Positions 47,646 through 62,000 of a DNA stretch of 64,000 nucleotides are shown piece after piece (the first letter of the stretch is position 1; each line of letters starts with the position of its first letter). Under the pieces are notes generated by a model. It was not told the DNA's origin, ran no database searches, and saw only the letters and a list, made by a program, of their open reading frames with translations. The DNA is taken from the NCBI GenBank assembly GCA_012026655.1, contig JAAILG010000754.1, positions 1 to 64,000 of the forward strand, written 5' to 3'. Source of the stretch: Hydrolagus affinis. Taxonomy: Eukaryota. The translations under genes were made by a program, and so were the position numbers.

Positions 47646-50133
47646 ACACCAAACTGAGGAGAAAGGGGAAGTGACCACAGGTATGGTCAAAGAGGAAGTT
47701 CTTCAGATACAGCCTAGAAGGGGCAAGACAGAGGGATTGAGACAAAGACTTCTAGGGATTTGGGGTGAAGTGGCTGAAAGCATGAACAATTTCATTAAAG
47801 ACAGGAGGAAAAGAATTATTGTATATTAAATTCTGATATCTGCAACTTCAGATATCTGCATTGTGTGTTCAAGAGACTCATAGTTTTGTGCCTTGAATTT
47901 TTGCAAGAGATTCATACAGAATACAGTGAAAAAGTAAAAGGTGCAAGCATTACAACAACAACATCAACAAAGTTACATTTGTATAGCTCAGAAAATAAAG
48001 TAGGTTTAGCACACTAAAGGAGATCTGATGGGATAACTGGAGGATTGTAGAAAAGAATCAGGCCAAGATTGTTGAAGCCTTTTCTCTAAGTGTTGACTTA
48101 GTAGGTGAGTGAATTCTTCATGTTGGGTAGAGTTCTGATAATGTGAATGAAAGGGTTACGCACCGTGAGTGAACCTAATTGGAGACAAATTCTGTCACAA
48201 TAAACCTTTTGCTACTTCAATTTTCAACAGCAAGCCTTTTCAAATTGCCCTTTTCCAATACGTATGTAAGATATCCAGTGGTGCTCTGTGTTCAGTTCAC
48301 AGGAGGAGCACTCCAAGTACCATAACTATCTGGTTCGGAGGCCATTCTGGCTACCAGATATCGTGTAACCTTCACATTCATCTAGTAGCAAGTGTTTGGT
48401 GTAATGCTCATTGACAGTTTCTATGACAGTGTCTATCAATCCTCTGACACAGCGCACTGGAAAACAGAAGCTATTGAAAAAAGACCTCTATGAAAGATCA
48501 TGAAATATTTTACCACTTAATTTTGCACAGCCTCTCTGATCATTCTTTCAAAATATCCTGAATATCTTTCGATATATGTTAGGGCCAGAAAATATTAAAG
48601 TTTTCGAGCTTAAAGTTTACATGTTGTCAGTATGAGACTCATTTTTCTAGCACGTGAAAGCTTTCTTGTGCCTATTGCATCTAAAAGTGGCTATTTTATA
48701 ACCAAACAAGCTCTAGCTTCTTCTTTGCTAAAATTGTATTGATAAAATGTGCTGCTGTTTCATCTGTCTCCAAATCCAAGCATTAAGACCGCTCCATAGC
48801 ACCAGAAAATGGGAACCAAAAATAACCTCTCCTCTCATTTCGATTTGTTATTAGAATTAGGCAGGCTTTTAATGGAAGTATTCATGCAGAAAGCAAATTG
48901 TTTGTTTTATCAAGTCATTCCAATTAAACAAATGCTTTATAATAAATGAGGAATTAATTTGCGTCTGAATAATCATTCTCTTTAACAGGGAATCCATTAA
49001 TTGGAATGTATTGTAATTACGTGGTGAAAATTGCAATGTGTGGTACGATGAGCTTTTTAAATGCTATGAAGAACATGGTAGTCCTCTGTCGTTGCTTTGA
49101 AAGAGTCACTGACATCCTCAAAGAGTTAAATGACGTTGCCATTGCTCTTAAGATCACAATGGGCCGGAAATGTGTTCGGCTTTATTTCAGCTGCCTAAAG
49201 ACTTACATGGAAAAAAAACTCTCCTGATAACAGCTCGAATGTCAGCATTTAAACAGCAAAGAGCTTGCTCTTTCCAACAGCTCAAGAGAAAATGAGTCTC
49301 AGTACTGCAGCTTCCTTGTGCAGCTTCATTATGATTCAAATTTAAATGTCAACTACATTTTACTTTCAATAAGTCTACCATTTATACACAGTTTTTTTCA
49401 ATGTCCGTTTTTTTGCCTAAGTAAACTGTTTATTAGTGATACTGTTCTGCACTTTATTCTTGAATTGATACAGAAATGTTATATTGGGTCTCTCCTGTTA
49501 AAACTGTTTGTTTAAAAAAAAACTGTAAAACCTTGTTGAATTGTTCAAATGGGAGTAGAAACTGAATATTGTATTGGGAATGATAAAGTAAAGGACTGAC
49601 CTTGAAGCTAAAATACATCTGTATCAATTCAAGAATAAAGCTCCCCAGATTCTTTGGTTTAATGCGATCACATCAACACATTGGCATAGAGGCAAGACCG
49701 CTTAATGTTGTGTTTCCGCGAAGCCAGAACAAAGATGAAAAGGTTTCTCTGCTGCATCTCATTGAGAATGTAGGTTATTCTCCCCAATCAACGCCTTGGT
49801 AATAAAGAAGGACTACGAACACACATTAAAAATAACTTTAGACATGGCAGCAAATTAGTAGTGAGTGTTCACCCTTCTCCTCAGGCTCGTTCTGCCTTTA
49901 TCCATTTTCCCCCTTTGTCTGTATGTATACATGAGCTTTTCTTGTTCTGTCTCTTTCTTTCATTGTGTATGTGTGTGTGTGCGTATCTCTCTTCACTGCT
50001 TCTGTCTTTGTGGCTCTCTCTTTATTCCTCCTTCACAGGTGTGGAAATACCCGCACATTTAAGTGATGCAAGCAAATTCTGGAAGGAAAAAAAATAGTAG
50101 GCAGCCATTATACAGTACAGTAGAGCCCCAATA

Positions 50134-50640
50134 GTGTAGCGGAGGATTCGGGGGACAAGGCGGAGATCAGAACCGGAGGAGCGAAGGCATTGGGTGCTGT
50201 GTTGGGGAGGGAGGAAGTCAGAGAGTTAGGGGGTGCAGAGGGATGGAGAGATTTGAAGATAAGAATGAGGATCTTGAAATTGACCCTCTCTGGGACAGGG
50301 AGCCAGTGAAGTCAGGCAAGGACTGGGGTCCTGGGGCCTGGCAAGGACTGAGGACGAGGGGAGTGAAGTTTGGTGTGGGTGAGAACGCGGGCGGCAGAGT
50401 TCTGAATGAGCTGGATTTTATGGATTGTGGTGGAGGGGAGATCAGCGGGGAGTGCATTTGCGTAGTCCAGCCGAGAGGTGACAAAGGCGTGGACCAGAGT
50501 TTTAGCGGCTTTTGGGGCGAGATATTGCAGGAGACGGGCGATACGACGCAGGTGGAAAAAAGCAGTGCTGGTGAGGGACCGGATGTGGGGGAGGAAGGAC
50601 AGTTGGGGTTCGAACCTGACGCCAAGGTTGAGAAGCATGT
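50134..50640 (-). mobile_element. L2 ORF2 C-terminal fragment
   Basis: ORF 50312..50767 contains NLGVRFEPQLSFLPHIRSLTSTAFFHLRRIARL...AKTLVHAFVTSRLDYANAL...IQLIQNSAARVLT, typical of the L2 ORF2 region after the RT core. Confidence 0.92.
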
Positions 50641-53600
50641 GACTGAAGACGATGACGAGAGCCAACGAGAGTCTGGCTTCCGTCTTGTAACAATAACATG
50701 TTACTATAACATGGTTTAACTTTGCCTTTGTCCTGCGGATCTCTGAACTGCTTCTATGTGCCTGCACTTCAGATCTGCAAGATTACCTCCCGCCACTGTC
50801 ACTTGTTCCACGCAGGACGATGCTATTACTGGTCATATGATCAGTGTTGTCACAATATAGGAGCACTGACCATGACTACTCACCGTTATAAGGCTGGTTG
50901 GGATTTTATGAACCCAGCCATTTTTTTCTTGTCGTGTATCTTAACACATGTGGAAACCTCATCACCTTGCTTAAGAGTATCCAAACTGAGAATGCCATGC
51001 ATCACACCATAGACTTCTCAGTTTGGTTTAATGTGGCTCGACTTGACTTTGTTTCAAAAACAGACCAATTATGTATTCTTCTTTTTACTGACTTGCGGCA
51101 TCCTAGAATATTGTTCTGGATTTTGTTTTTTTGGGCAATCTCATTTAAAATGTTATAGTGAGGTCCCCATTGAGTCGTCTCATTTCAAAACTGAAGAGCC
51201 TTAGCTGGCGGCGAGTGCAATTTTCTCACAACAAAAATATAAACCATATCAGGCAGCAAGCATTTGGCTTCAGGATCATTGCATTTTAAGCACCTGTTCG
51301 ATAAAATGAAACAATGGTGAGATCGTTGCTGATCCCAGTCAGGATGACTGAGCTACGGAGAAAGCGTATGGGGGGAGATAAATATTTTGTAGCAGGCATT
51401 GCTAGCTGAAAAATTCAGTTGTTAAATCTACCTTACTGAACTTGGCCACTCAGCAATGCTGTCAATATAATGAGGTAGCAGCACAATCCAACCAACCTCT
51501 CAATCAACTTTGTTAACCACGTTATTTTCTTGGTTTAATGAATCAGACTCTGTAACCACAGGTATCCAGCGGGTTATCCTGACGGTGTTGGAAAGGGTTG
51601 GATTGTTTGAATCATGTGGATAATGGCTGACTCAGAATAATAATAATCCTTGCGTTCGATAGAGCTCCTGCCTTATCTCGTCTTGAAGACGTCTCAAAGC
51701 GTTTCACAGAATATACCGTGAAGTGAATTGATTGTATATTTTGTGGGCGAATATGTCAATAAATTAGATGACTGGACACTAAGACTGACCATGAGGCATT
51801 CCTAAACCAAAAATCACTACACTGTTTGCAACTTCCCTTATATGCCCAAAATGATGTGATTTAATATGAAATTCGTTAAAAATGAATACAATACTGAGGG
51901 CTGACAAAGGTTGTTTACCATCAGTGCAGTGTTTTGTTGGCCTTGATTTCCAATAACCTCACCCATAAAACGACACTATATTCTGTGAAGCGCTTTGAAA
52001 TCTATCAGCAACATGATAAGTTGCTATATCAAACATAAGGATCGTTATCATTTTTACCTTCTTTGTATGTGTCTATTAGGTACCGCTGAATATTGAATTT
52101 CAAATCTATACTTGTTCATTCAGAAACCGTGGAACAATTCTGAAGTTGTGATTGATGCACTAAAATAACAGTATGAACGCATATTAAGGTTAATTTGGGC
52201 GTATTTTATTTCAACCAATACATCGAAATGATAAACCTGCAAAATTGTCAAAGAATAATAACACACTGCCTTTAAAAATGATTAACATCTCTGCCCTTTC
52301 AGTGTCAGCTCCTTCTTCCCAACGCTTGTCTATTTCAGTCACACATTTTTGGCAATTTAATATCTATTTAGTGAAAACAGTTTTAGTGCAGATTGGATTA
52401 TAAATTAGCAGAATATGTTGGCAGTAGTTTTAAATGGATCACAAATAGATTTGTTTTTCAAATAATGGGAATAATCTTTATTCCTCTTTGGTTGCTCTTT
52501 TGAGTTGAGGAAAATAAGGGCGATTAATAAAAAAAGCAAACGTTTGGAATTCATGCATTTCAGTATGTCATGTCATGTCACAATGAACAGTTATGCCTAG
52601 GAGTAGCACTTAGCTTTCTTACTTACAGCAATTTTCCTGGAACATAATTTAAGCATAAAGTGAGGTGAGCAAGAGCTCTTACTTAGTGAGCAAGAGTGGA
52701 GTCACAGATGGAGAGAATTGCAATCACAAAGTAACCTTAAGAACGTTTAAAATTGCAACATAGCAATGAATATAAAAGCGGTAAACGTCTTATTCATTGC
52801 CAGTTATTGTTGTTTCTTTAAGGGGCATTTTTTCTCTTTTTTTTTACCTTCTCGTGTTGTAAACCGTGGACTCTGACTAAAACAATTCAGCCAGTGTTTG
52901 TGCCTGTGAGCTTCTGCGGAGGCTACACCAGAACTCCCGTATGACTAGGTACCAAAAGATACTAAAGTGTTGCCCCCCTTTTTCCTCCCGAGATGAATCC
53001 AATCGAAATTGACAACTCACTATGGCTTAAGCCTGAATGTCAATGGATTGTAATTGGAATGTCTCCCAGCTTGCTGTGTGTGCTACAGTGGAACGTTGCA
53101 CAAGTTAGCTGCCACTTACAGTACTTTCATTTTCATTCCAACCGCTGGGAAATTGAGGCTTTCTGTTTTTTCCAAAGTTATTTATCTGTCTCTCATGCAA
53201 CATTGACTAAACGGCATACCCTGGCTCAAAGGGGTCAATATGTTGACTTAAGCTCAATGGGGAAAGTAGTTAGTTGGTCTCCATGAGGCTGACCCGGCTC
53301 TAGTGTGACATGTTTAGCAAAGAAATGTCAGAATCAAATCAGCTGTCTTGTAGCAGTCTCGATAGTCTAGTTCCTGAACCAGGCAGGTCCGCAGTACTCC
53401 AGGGCACTGCTGACAACAAACCTACGTTGCCAAACTTATTGGAGAGGCAGACCCTCCCTGGGGATAAGGATTTCTTCCCACTCGGCTTCTGGTAACCCTG
53501 CAAGCCAAAGCCTTAATAGGCAGGGTGGTCCTTGCTGGACCAGCATCAGGAGTCTTGCCAGACAATGCTCTCAATGGCATGGCTATTTTATCTGGTTAAA

Positions 53601-55313
53601 CTCCTGGTACCATACAACCCACATTCTCGATCCCCCAAACTTTGTCTCTCTCCAAAGCTTTCGCTCAATATTCTTCTGAATTAGGATGGCAAGGTAGAAG
53701 GTCCTTCCAGGGAGAAGTGTGTATTCTATTCCACACATGGGGATATTTCCAGGAATATGCACTACTCATATGTGGACCTATTTGTATACTTTTAAACATG
53801 GACACGTTTCCTTATGTTTCAGACACCCAGCTGACCCAGCCTCAATCTGCAACAGCACATTGAAAATATCTGTGAAACCTCCCTGAATACTTTGTGTTAC
53901 TGATAAAGAGCTCACTTTGCATCCAATCTTGATGGTTTTTCTCTACCTCACCCCACCCTCCACCCCCCACCTCCTCCTGGCTTGGATGCTCAGTGGAAAA
54001 CACTTTGGATGCCCGCCTGACCAGAAAAGCTCTTATATAAATCTAAATTATGTTGCATTGTTACAATCAAATGGACTGCCGATGCTTGCTCCCTAGGCTC
54101 GCAAATGAAAAATTACCACTTCTGCGAATTAACTTAATTGAAATAATTTTAGTTCCACGAATATCAGGAAGGATCTAAGCCTTTGTGCAACTGTGCAACC
54201 CTAACACACTTGACAAGTGGAGGGGATGGGAAATAGGCAATTGAAACAAAGCAGCAACTGTGAACTCAGTGTACCATTGATCTCATGATAAAAAAAATGC
54301 ATTGAACTAAAACCATTCTAAAGGTTTCATTTCAACTAAATATGATCGAATTTCATCCTTAAGCAGAGAAATTAATCAATTGTATTTGAATTTTAATATA
54401 CATTTGTCCCGCGAGTATTTTGTTGATATCTGGATGATTCAGGAAGCTTTTTGAGAAGTTGAGTCTTTTTTTAATGCCCATCTTTTATGACAGTAGAAGT
54501 GTCTGAGTAGTGGCCAGACATATCCTCCGCAGAGAGGCTAAGTTGGTTGAATAAATCCTGGCTACTGTTGGCATATTTCCTAATTGCTAGTTACATAGGG
54601 ACCTGGGGAGTGGATCCTAACAAGAGAGGGTTCTTTTTGAATGTAAAACAAAAGTACAGTATATAAAACAATGAAAGCTTCAAACTAGGAACATAGCACC
54701 ACAGAGCTTGTTAGAGTTAATTAGAACATTTATCTTGACGCTTTTTTTAAAAAAAAACTGTTGATGAATCTTGTGCAGTATCCAGAACATCATCAACAAC
54801 AAAAGGCAGGATTATTGTACAGAGTACAGAAAATGACAAATCCAGCAGTCATTAATAACATAGGGAATGTGCAGGGCTAGTGATAACCATCACAACCCAT
54901 TTGATGATGTCCCAGGGTAGAAAAATCTCTAGGATCTCTCCTGGAGCCCCGGAAAGAGTGAGAGAGGGGGGGAGAGAGTAATTGGGGTGGAATTGCATCC
55001 CCTCCAATCATGCAAGTCACCCAAAGGGAAGGGATTAAATGACCATTTGGAGACGGATGTCCCACCATCAACAGTAGATGCTGTGATACAATCCCAGCCA
55101 GGGCCGCTATACACACCCAGAATGTCAGCCCATTACAACAGGAGGTTAACAGGAACAGAAATACCAGGGCAAGATATTTGAATAGCTAACTTGTTAGGTC
55201 AGGCTGTTAAGGGATACAGGATAAAGACAGGTAATTGGACTTGAGATACAGAACAGCCAGGATCTTATAGAATGGTGGTCCAGACTCGAGGAGCTTAACA
55301 GCCCGTGACAAGG

Positions 55314-55603
55314 AATCATAGAATCCTATAGCACAGAAGGAGGCTATTCAGCCCATCTTGCCTGTGCCGGCTCTTTGAAAGAGCGATCCAACCCAGCCAG
55401 TTTCCCCGCTCGTACCTCATAGACTTGCAATATTTTCCTTTTCAAGTATCTATCCAATTCTCTTTTAAAAGATATTATTGAATCTGTTTCCGCCAGCCTT
55501 TCAGGCAATACATTCCAGATCGTAACAATACATTCCAGATCATAACAACTCACTGCGTAAAAATGTTCCTCCACATCTCCCCTCTGGTTCTTTTGCCAAG
55601 GTA
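55314..55603 (-). mobile_element. CR1 LINE 3' end
   Basis: Reverse frame IWNVLPERLAETDSIISFKRELDRYL (CR1 ORF2 terminus), 3' UTR and attctatgatt tail. An opposite-strand CR1 tail remnant lies at about 55190-55305. Confidence 0.85.
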
Positions 55604-56272
55604 ACATCCTGAAGCCAGTTTGATTTAATACTATAATATTGTTTCAGATATATATAAATGTTTTATAGACTTATTTTACCATGTGCTAAAAACACTAAGT
55701 GATCCCATAGTGGTAGCTAATCATCGGCTGTTTATTAGATTAGCTATAAGATTGCCAGAAGCTCTGTGTTTCATTGTCTCGGTATCACTGCAAGGATTGT
55801 GCTGGGTATGATAAATAGCACACAAGGCAAATAGCTATACTTGGCTGTACAAGTCTATAAAGGATTTTCATCTCAGATTTGGAATTTAGCCACCAAACTT
55901 TACATTAAGGAGCGTCAAACGAAACCTTTGCGGATGCATCTAGAAATGCAATGATGGAAGAACGCCATGTTTTGTGGATATATTTTGTTGAAGTAAAATA
56001 ACAGATCATTAGATGTTCTTGATCCTGATCAGCAGTGGTGGAAAAGGCAATGTTTCTTCATCTGTGAGTTTTAACATCGGGAATAGTTGGCGCTATACAA
56101 ATGGAATTTCGCTTTACAAACGCAGCTTCAACGCAATGTAATTTCTAACAATAAATTGGTCACTTAATCCACGACTGTTTGTGGGACGCGACTGTGCGCA
56201 ATTGGCTGCCTTTACAGTATATTCTGTGAAGCATTTTGGGATTTCTCAAAAATGTGATAGCACACTATATGT

Positions 56273-56619
56273 GTGGAGCTCCTGTGGCTCAGTGGTTAGA
56301 GCACTAGTCTTGCAAGCTAGGGAGACCTGTGTTCGAATCCAGGCAGGTCAGGGCGAAACCTTGGGCAAGTTTCCTTACTCCACACACCTAATAATAATCC
56401 CTCCAAAAAAAACCACACTAATAAAATTGGTCATTTCAATCCATGACTGTTTGTGGGACACTGCTGTGCGCAATTGGCTGCCGCGATTCACCCACAAATA
56501 TATACAATCAATTCACTTTACAGTATATGCTGTGAAGCGCTTTGGGACGTCAATAAGATGTGAAAAGCGCTATATCAAATGCAAGGATTATTATCAAATG
56601 CAAGGATTATTATTATTAT
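56273..56619 (+). mobile_element. Full-length DeuSINE with duplicated tail (tcaaatgcaaggattatt twice)
   Basis: Head, core and tail read directly. A partial copy precedes it at about 56150-56270. Confidence 0.9.
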
Positions 56620-57139
56620 AACCTGAATATATCTGGTCTGAGTATAGTAACACTGCCCTATAAAAGTAAATTCAGGTCTGGCAGCACATCAGGCACACTG
56701 CAAAAGAAGCCCCACAAATGCTGGAAAGATGGGGAGGGTTTGTTTGCCAACCTCCAGAGAAAGCAAGTGGAGGAATTAGAAGAGAAAAAACTCCTTTTCG
56801 AGTCTTCGAGGAGGTTATCACCTTTATTCGAATGAAAACTGAAGAGCGAGGATAAGCTGCACAAGATGGGATGTGAACCCCTGTGCTGGACACTCTGCGA
56901 TGAACAAGCCAAGGCTTAATAGAGGCTTAATAGGAATGAAACGTTGCAGACTGAAGGACCATTCAGATCATCTACACTCTCATTATCCCATCAGCAGACA
57001 TTCTTGTTGAAGTCAAACAGGTACTGCCAGTGCTGACGTACTTCCCACAAGTGCTCATTCTTCACACTAAGCTTAGATGAAACCCCTTGTCTCTGAAACA
57101 CGCTGCCTCTATCCCTCTACAACCCTCAAAAAAAATTGA

Positions 57140-57294
57140 TCAAACAATCAACGACTGTTTGTGGGACAATTTGCTGTGAGCAATTTGCTGCCATGATTTG
57201 CCAAAAAAAACACAAACATTTCACATTACAGTATATTCTGTGAAGCGCTTTGAGACATCTAGAAGACGTGAAAAGTGCTGTATCAAATGCAAGG

Positions 57295-57329
<35 letters not shown>
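57140..57329 (+). mobile_element. DeuSINE 3' half with expanded (TTA)n tail
   Basis: Core, tail and about 11 TTA units. Confidence 0.82.
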
Positions 57330-59003
57330 CCCTGACTGAGATCTGCTAACTCAGCACTTTGTGTATATCGCTTGTCTACCACTCACTTTCGCACTCCCTA
57401 AATGGGGTGCCTGATACACAGTATTCACTAACGGGAGCCGCAAACAGTGACAGCGATGCAATGAACATCGCACTTTAATGTGATCACGGTCTAATCTCTT
57501 TCCACAGGTCAGCTTGACACTTGAGGTTCCTGGACCCAATCATTATTTGCGACTTGTGTCAGCAATTATTTTGTTTCAAACTCTAATCTGTGTTTGGAGG
57601 GTGAGGAAAAGGATCAGCTGTCTATATATTAAATTCACAGAGGTGAATATTTGGCTGTGTTTCAGGCAAGATCCATCTCTCCCTTCTACTGGAGTTATGG
57701 GTCACTTCCCCATAAGCCCTCCACTGCTTCGCCCCACCCTACATCTGCGACCTCCTAACCCCCTACCAACCCGTCTGCCCCCTCCGCTCAGCAGACATAT
57801 CGAGGGAGTATGTCCATCAGGCTTATGTTAATTAGCCAACAATAGGGAGGTGAGCAACATAGTGCCCATTTTACAAACTTGATCATTCACTTTCAAAGCA
57901 TTTCAGTTATGAACAAACAAACAAACAAGTGCAGGCTGTCTATATTCATAGAGCTTCGCTGTTGTTTATTGGCATTCATTTTGCCGGAAGGAAGGACATC
58001 ATTTGAACAGCTCAGCGGCATTTATTAGAATAATTTCAAAATTATTGAGTTTACTATCGAATTGCTGAGCTGACAAACAGAATTGATCTTCAGAAAACTA
58101 CAAACACTGATTTAACCGGAGAAAAAATGAAAAGTGACCTAATAATCACTGTTATGATCACATCTCTCACTTCATAGCTGGTTGTGGGATACTGCAGTGT
58201 GCAAATCGGCTGCTGCATTCGCTTGCAAGATACACTGTACTTAACAGTAAATCCTCTGAAGCCCTTTGAGATTCTCGATGACGCGATAATGCAAATGCAA
58301 GGATTACAATAATTACTTGCGATTGACTGGAAAGCTGCTTTACAAATGTTTCATTCACCTTGGGCACCATATAGCTACCAGAGCATGAATCCTTAAGCAG
58401 AGATATTGTGCTATTCCCAGGTAGCAGCTGAGCTGTGGTCAAGAGACCATGACATTGTAGACAGTGCGTTGGCATTAAGTCTATTCAAATCTGTGCGTCC
58501 AATATTCAAAATATTGAGCCAATTACTTTCAAGTGCTTCTTCCACAAGGTTTCACTCATAGGAATTCTGTATAAAATTCCAACTGCTTTGATGCTGCTGT
58601 GGATCAGTACATTAACAGAGCACAAAATATCTAAAAGATCACCGAAAATTCAAAAAAAAAGAATTCATGTTGATATTCTGTAGAACAGATGCGTGCTCTT
58701 TCATTCAAAGGTCCTTTGATACTGACTAACCAGCCATATTCTGAGATTAAGCAGCGTGGCAGATGGTTTCACACATAATGTTTAGGAAAAGATTATTTTG
58801 GAAGTGAATGAGCGTTGCTTACCGTTAAAATGCAATATCATAAGCGTTTATTAACTTTGAGACTTTTTCAACAGATTTTTCATTTTTTTTAATAAAAGAT
58901 TTGTAAAGGAATTATTTAAATCCACGTGGGTGTAAGTGAGGCTTGTAAAAATTCAGGCAAGTGTTTATTTCCTGATACGTACATGATACGTAGCATTCCA
59001 TAT

Positions 59004-59201
59004 ATAATAATCCCTCCAAAAAAAACCACAACAATAAAATTGTCATTTCAATCCACGACTGTTTGTGGGACACTGCTGTGCGCAATTGTCTGCCGCGATT
59101 CGCCCACAAATATACAGTCAATTCACAGTATATTCTGTGAAGCGCTTTGGGACGTCGATAAGATATGAAAAGCACTGTATCAAATGCAAGGATTATTATT
59201 A
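59004..59201 (+). mobile_element. DeuSINE 3' two-thirds
   Basis: ataataatccctcc...core...tail. Confidence 0.82.
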
Positions 59202-59394
59202 TAGAGTTAGCATCAGTGCATTTCACTGCAAGTGAAATTTAGCTCAAAGGATGGATTAGGGCAAAGATGCATCTTTGCATTTGAATTGCTAATTCATGAG
59301 TTTCTGCAGTGGGTGCGGTGGGATTTCATTTAGACAGACAGTGTTTCGATATTCATTTTCTTGCGTTTGGTTGCAATTTACCACCACTGCTATC

Positions 59395-59697
59395 GGAGTC
59401 CTATAGCTCAGTGGTTGGAGCACTCGCCTTGCAAGTGAGAGACCTGGGTTTGATTCCAGGCAGAGTGAAACCTTGGGCAAGTTTCCTTATTCTACATGCC
59501 TGATAATAATCCCTCAAAAAAAAATTGGTCATTTCAATCCACCGCTGTATGTGGCGCACTACTCTGCACAATTGGCTGCTGCGTTTCGCCCACAAAAAAT
59601 ACAGTCAATTCACTTTACAGTATATTCTATGAAGCGCTTTGAGATGTCTAGAAGACGTGAAAAGCGCAATGTCAAATGCAAGGGTTATTATTATTAT
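59395..59697 (+). mobile_element. Full-length DeuSINE
   Basis: Head, core and tail. Confidence 0.88.
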
Positions 59698-60870
59698 CTT
59701 TGTCCAAGCTACGCGGGTTTAGCTGGTTAGTTAGACTCCAGCAGTTTCCCCAACCCACACTCTGGGATCCCCCAAGCCTTGGCTCTTGCCAACCCGCGCT
59801 TAATACTTTCTGGGATTAGGTAAACAGGACGCATCCCTCCAGGAAGAGAGGGCACATTCCATTCCAACAATTTATCTCCAGGATTTCCATGTGCAGGTAA
59901 GATTCACGGAAATCGTATATTGGTTTGGATTCTCTTAAACACGATGATAGGTTTCCAAATGTGTCAGCCACCCAACTGTACTATACAATATACTATACAC
60001 CCAACTGGCTCCCCCAAAATTTTTATTCCAAACAGCTCCTGTACTTCTTCCAAATTGTTGGAAATATCTGTTCTCTACAGCGATTTACAGTAGATTAGTG
60101 GCATGAAAACATTCATGTGCAAATTATTTCTTCAAATATTTGAGGAGCCCGGAATTGAAAAGTGATTCCAAAGACTTTTTTTTTTAATGGTATTCGGGCA
60201 CAGCGCATTGCTTTTGAATGGTGCGCTGCACTCACAGAAATGCTCTATGGCGCTTGGAAATATTATAAGGCAGTTGCTTATGTGCTCCTAGCTATGTCCA
60301 GCAGTGCTTCCAGATTGCTGCGGGCTAGAGTCTAATATGCAGCATTGTGTAGAAATAAAGCAATTGGTAACGGTTAGTGATTCTGAGGGAACTTTCCTCC
60401 AGTTAGAAACTGTTGTATATTTGACTCCAGTATACTGTGATAATGTTTTTGTTTGTTTTTAGTTGGGGAAGGGGAGGGATGGTTATAGAGGATCTTCCAT
60501 TGCGTTAAAACAGGAACTTGCTCATTTCAACAGTGATCATTGTTACAGTCTACGTGTATGTGTGTGTATGTCTCTCTCTTTATCACAAAAAGATCTTCAG
60601 CCACAGTAAATCTGAAAATTAAAGCAACCGCTTTGATATGCATTGGACTGTTACTAACTACACCAATCTCAAGATGTGTTGAACAGACGTCATATCTTCT
60701 ACAGGTGCATTGCCAGCTGTGCGGTGAATACATATCTCCAATGGTCAGACTGTCCACGATAATTTGATTAGTGAATCAACAACAACAAGAACAACTTCGA
60801 TTTATACTGTGCCCTCCACACCAGACGGTATCCCAGAGCGCTTAAATCAGAGTCAACCTCATAAGTGAAG

Positions 60871-61179
60871 ATAATAATAATCCTTGCATTTGATGTAGCG
60901 CTTTTCACGTCTTCTGGACATCTCAAAGCGCTTCACAGAATATACTATAAATTGAATTGACTGTATATTTGTGGGCGAAACGCGGCAGCCAATTGCGCAC
61001 AGTAGTGTCCCACAAACGGATTGAAAAATTATCAATTTATTATTGGGTTTTTTCTCGAAGGATTATTATCAGGCGTGTAGAGTAAGGAAACTTGCCCAAG
61101 GTTTTACCCTGCCTGGAATCAAACCCAAGTCTCTTGCTTGTAAGACGAGTGCTCTAACCGCTGAGCTACCGGACTCCAC
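60871..61179 (-). mobile_element. Full-length DeuSINE
   Basis: Reverse complement of the family consensus, ending ggactccac. Confidence 0.9.
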
Positions 61180-61784
61180 AGATGTTTAGCAGAGTACACT
61201 AAAACTCTAGTTAGGCGGAGCAATGGAAGAGAGGATGGAGGAGAATCCAGTCTGGCAAGCCAGTATTTCACGATAAGTGTAATTACTTTGCCAATACTGG
61301 CATTTTAATAATCCCTCAAGATGTGAAAAGCGCTACAACACATGCAAGGATTATTTATTATTAGTATAATTAGAATTGTTTGAAACCCGCAGGCAGAAGA
61401 TAACGAATAAGCTCTCTTCTGGTTAGTGGGAATCATCCTAACTGAAGTCAATATCTCTTTTCACCGAAGGCCAACAAGAATGGGGAGGTGCAAGGATAGA
61501 TAGTGGGCTGGCAAGTGTCTTATCTCTATGTAGGCCCTCAGAATTTCTTTTTAAAAATCCATTTCAGGCCCGGTCTGGCTAGCTTTGAATTCCAGATACC
61601 CAGAGTCTGGTAAGCTTGGGGTTTAATGTATATTGATGTTCAGATACCCGATCACCTATTAGATAAAGGCACTGACCGGTACAACTCCTTGGATAAATAA
61701 GACAGGTAGGTTGTAATAAATCGAGCTTGCAGTACAGTCATTGCTGGGCTTCTGGGTTAAGGCAAGTAAAATTAGACAAGTTCC

Positions 61785-62000
61785 TCCTCTTCCAGGCTCT
61801 GGAACTCCCTTCCTCACTCCCTTCGCCTCACCCCCTCTCTTCCCAGTTTCAGGTCACAGCTAAAGACCTTTCTCTTTGACTGCGCCTTTGTTCATCTTTT
61901 TACCCCTGCCCCTGGCTCGGTCCCGAGATCCGCTATTGTGAAGTTCTCTGAGACGCCGTCCGGCATGGAGGGCGCAATATAAATTGAAGTTGTTGTTGTT
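61785..62000 (+). mobile_element. L2 3' fragment (subfamily B)
   Basis: ctctggaactcccttcct...ctaaagacctttctctttgac (WNSLP...LKTFLF) with a B-type tail and (TTG)n. Confidence 0.8.

Noticed and set aside
50243-50719. 158-aa plus-strand ORF
   Set aside because: Antisense shadow of the L2 ORF2 fragment on the minus strand.
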